A DNA stretch of 64,000 nt from Chiloscyllium plagiosum (Eukaryota). The stretch lies in the NCBI RefSeq assembly GCF_004010195.1, contig NW_025215375.1, positions 1 through 64,000 of the forward strand. Reading direction: 5' to 3'. Made by a program: the position numbers and the translations under genes. Below, one piece after another: positions 62,701 through 64,000 of the stretch. The notes below the pieces were generated by a model. It was not told the origin of the DNA, searched no databases, and saw nothing but the letters and a program-made list of their open reading frames with translations. The first letter of the stretch is position 1, and the number at the start of each line of letters is the position of its first letter.

Positions 62701-63663
62701 CAAGACTGATATGAAGGACGTATTTAACATATTGTCTGGATCCGCGCACAAGTTGCTTCCTTGATCCCTAATACTCCTCCATTCTTTCCCGAGTTATCCA
62801 CTTCCCCAGGTATAGCGATAGAACACCCACTGATGTTTTATCACGCCCCATTTTTGCTTTTCTATTGATCTCCTTAATTTCAGTGTTACACTTTCTACCT
62901 TCCTACAGGGATTCCATTCATCTGCTCACTTTATAGCTGCTTTAAGCTTCTCTTTACTTTGTTATTCAGCTCTGAATATTTGCAGATGTTGAAGATTCTG
63001 TGGGCTCGTTTTCCTTCATTGGATCTTAGATTGTAAAATATGTGCTGATATTCTCATCAAATCCATTTCGAGTACGTACACCCCTCCCCACTCCACACTG
63101 TTCGAGTACAGTTTTACCCAGATTTAGTTTTGCAACATTTAAAAGATATCTGGATGTGTATATGATTAGGAAGGATTTGGAGGGATATGGGCCAGGTGCT
63201 GGCCAGTGGGTCTAAATTAGGTTGGGTCCAACAATGCACCATCCCTTGTTGTATATGCTTCATGCTTATATAAGAAGCTCTCAGTAATACATTTCAACAT
63301 ATTTGTCCCCTCTTAAAAGTAAGTGACTGTCCCAATAAATGTTGGATATTGAAAAGCATAAACAGAATTACCATCTCATTGTTTTATACACGACAGCGAT
63401 TGGTTACACATTGACTCATGTATTTTCTTCTAACTGGGGATCTATAGTCTGACCCTAGCAATTACCTGTCATCTTTTTATTCCAAACGCTATCCTCGAAG
63501 TCTCAGTTGAAGGCCTCTCCAAGATATTGCCCCTCTTTACAGCAGTAATTGATTCCTTAATTAATAAAACAACACCAATTCCTGCTTATAGTTCCTATGC
63601 TACAGAATATAGAGATGCCAATCCTGACCTCCTCCAACCACATCTCTGATGGCAAAAATGTCA
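59800..63663. repeat. Tandem segmental duplication, copy 2
   Basis: Matches copy 1, e.g. cccaataaatgttggatattgaaaagcata at 58872 and 63331; contains old CR1 fragments. Confidence 0.9.
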
Positions 63664-64000
63664 AAATTTCACATGTCAATCTATTCCCTTATCACACCTG
63701 TCTGACATGAAATAATCCTAGCAGCAAGGTAAAGGACATCTAGCCTGGAACATAACACCAGGAACAGTCTGTACCTCGTCTGTACTTCGGAGTTCTATAA
63801 TCATTCACTGTTTGTTATCAGGCTTCCCAATTTATGAACCAAAACTGTAAATCTAAGACTGTAAGAAGCAATATTTGTTGAATTAGATATATATATTTTA
63901 AAAATTGATGTATTAAATGCCACTTTCCCAAACTGAGCGATCACCTCCACATACCATGAGTTTCTTCCCGACACCCCCCCCCCCTGCTCCCCCAGTGTGC

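Overview
Eukaryotic, repeat-dominated genomic DNA, most likely from a shark or other elasmobranch. That assignment is inferred from HE1/V-SINE-type SINEs, abundant CR1-clade LINEs, and Penelope-like and C2H2-ZNF repeats of shark type. I found no intact protein-coding gene: the long ORFs are mostly broken CR1 endonuclease/reverse-transcriptase pieces or tandem-repeat artefacts. The main signals the ORF track does not show are: (1) a fossil tRNA gene cluster at about 8.85-20.9 kb with 12 reasonably recognisable decayed tRNAs (Leu x3, Val x2, Pro x2, Asn, Ser, iMet, intron-bearing Ile-TAT and Arg-TCT) plus weaker Glu/Gln/Ala/Phe/Lys candidates, followed by C2H2-ZNF pseudogenes; (2) about ten Penelope-like termini carrying degenerate minimal hammerhead-ribozyme cores, some back-to-back and one starting at the predicted cleavage site; (3) a ~2.1 kb 47-bp minisatellite that appears to have expanded out of a CR1 coding segment, with an unexpanded paralog 0.7 kb away; (4) remnants of a Harbinger-type Myb/SANT gene and a DIRS/Ngaro-type tyrosine recombinase; (5) a 59-bp hairpin repeat running into an assembly gap; (6) a ~4 kb tandem segmental duplication at the right end. 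All alignments were done by eye against remembered consensus sequences, and repeat boundaries are approximate.
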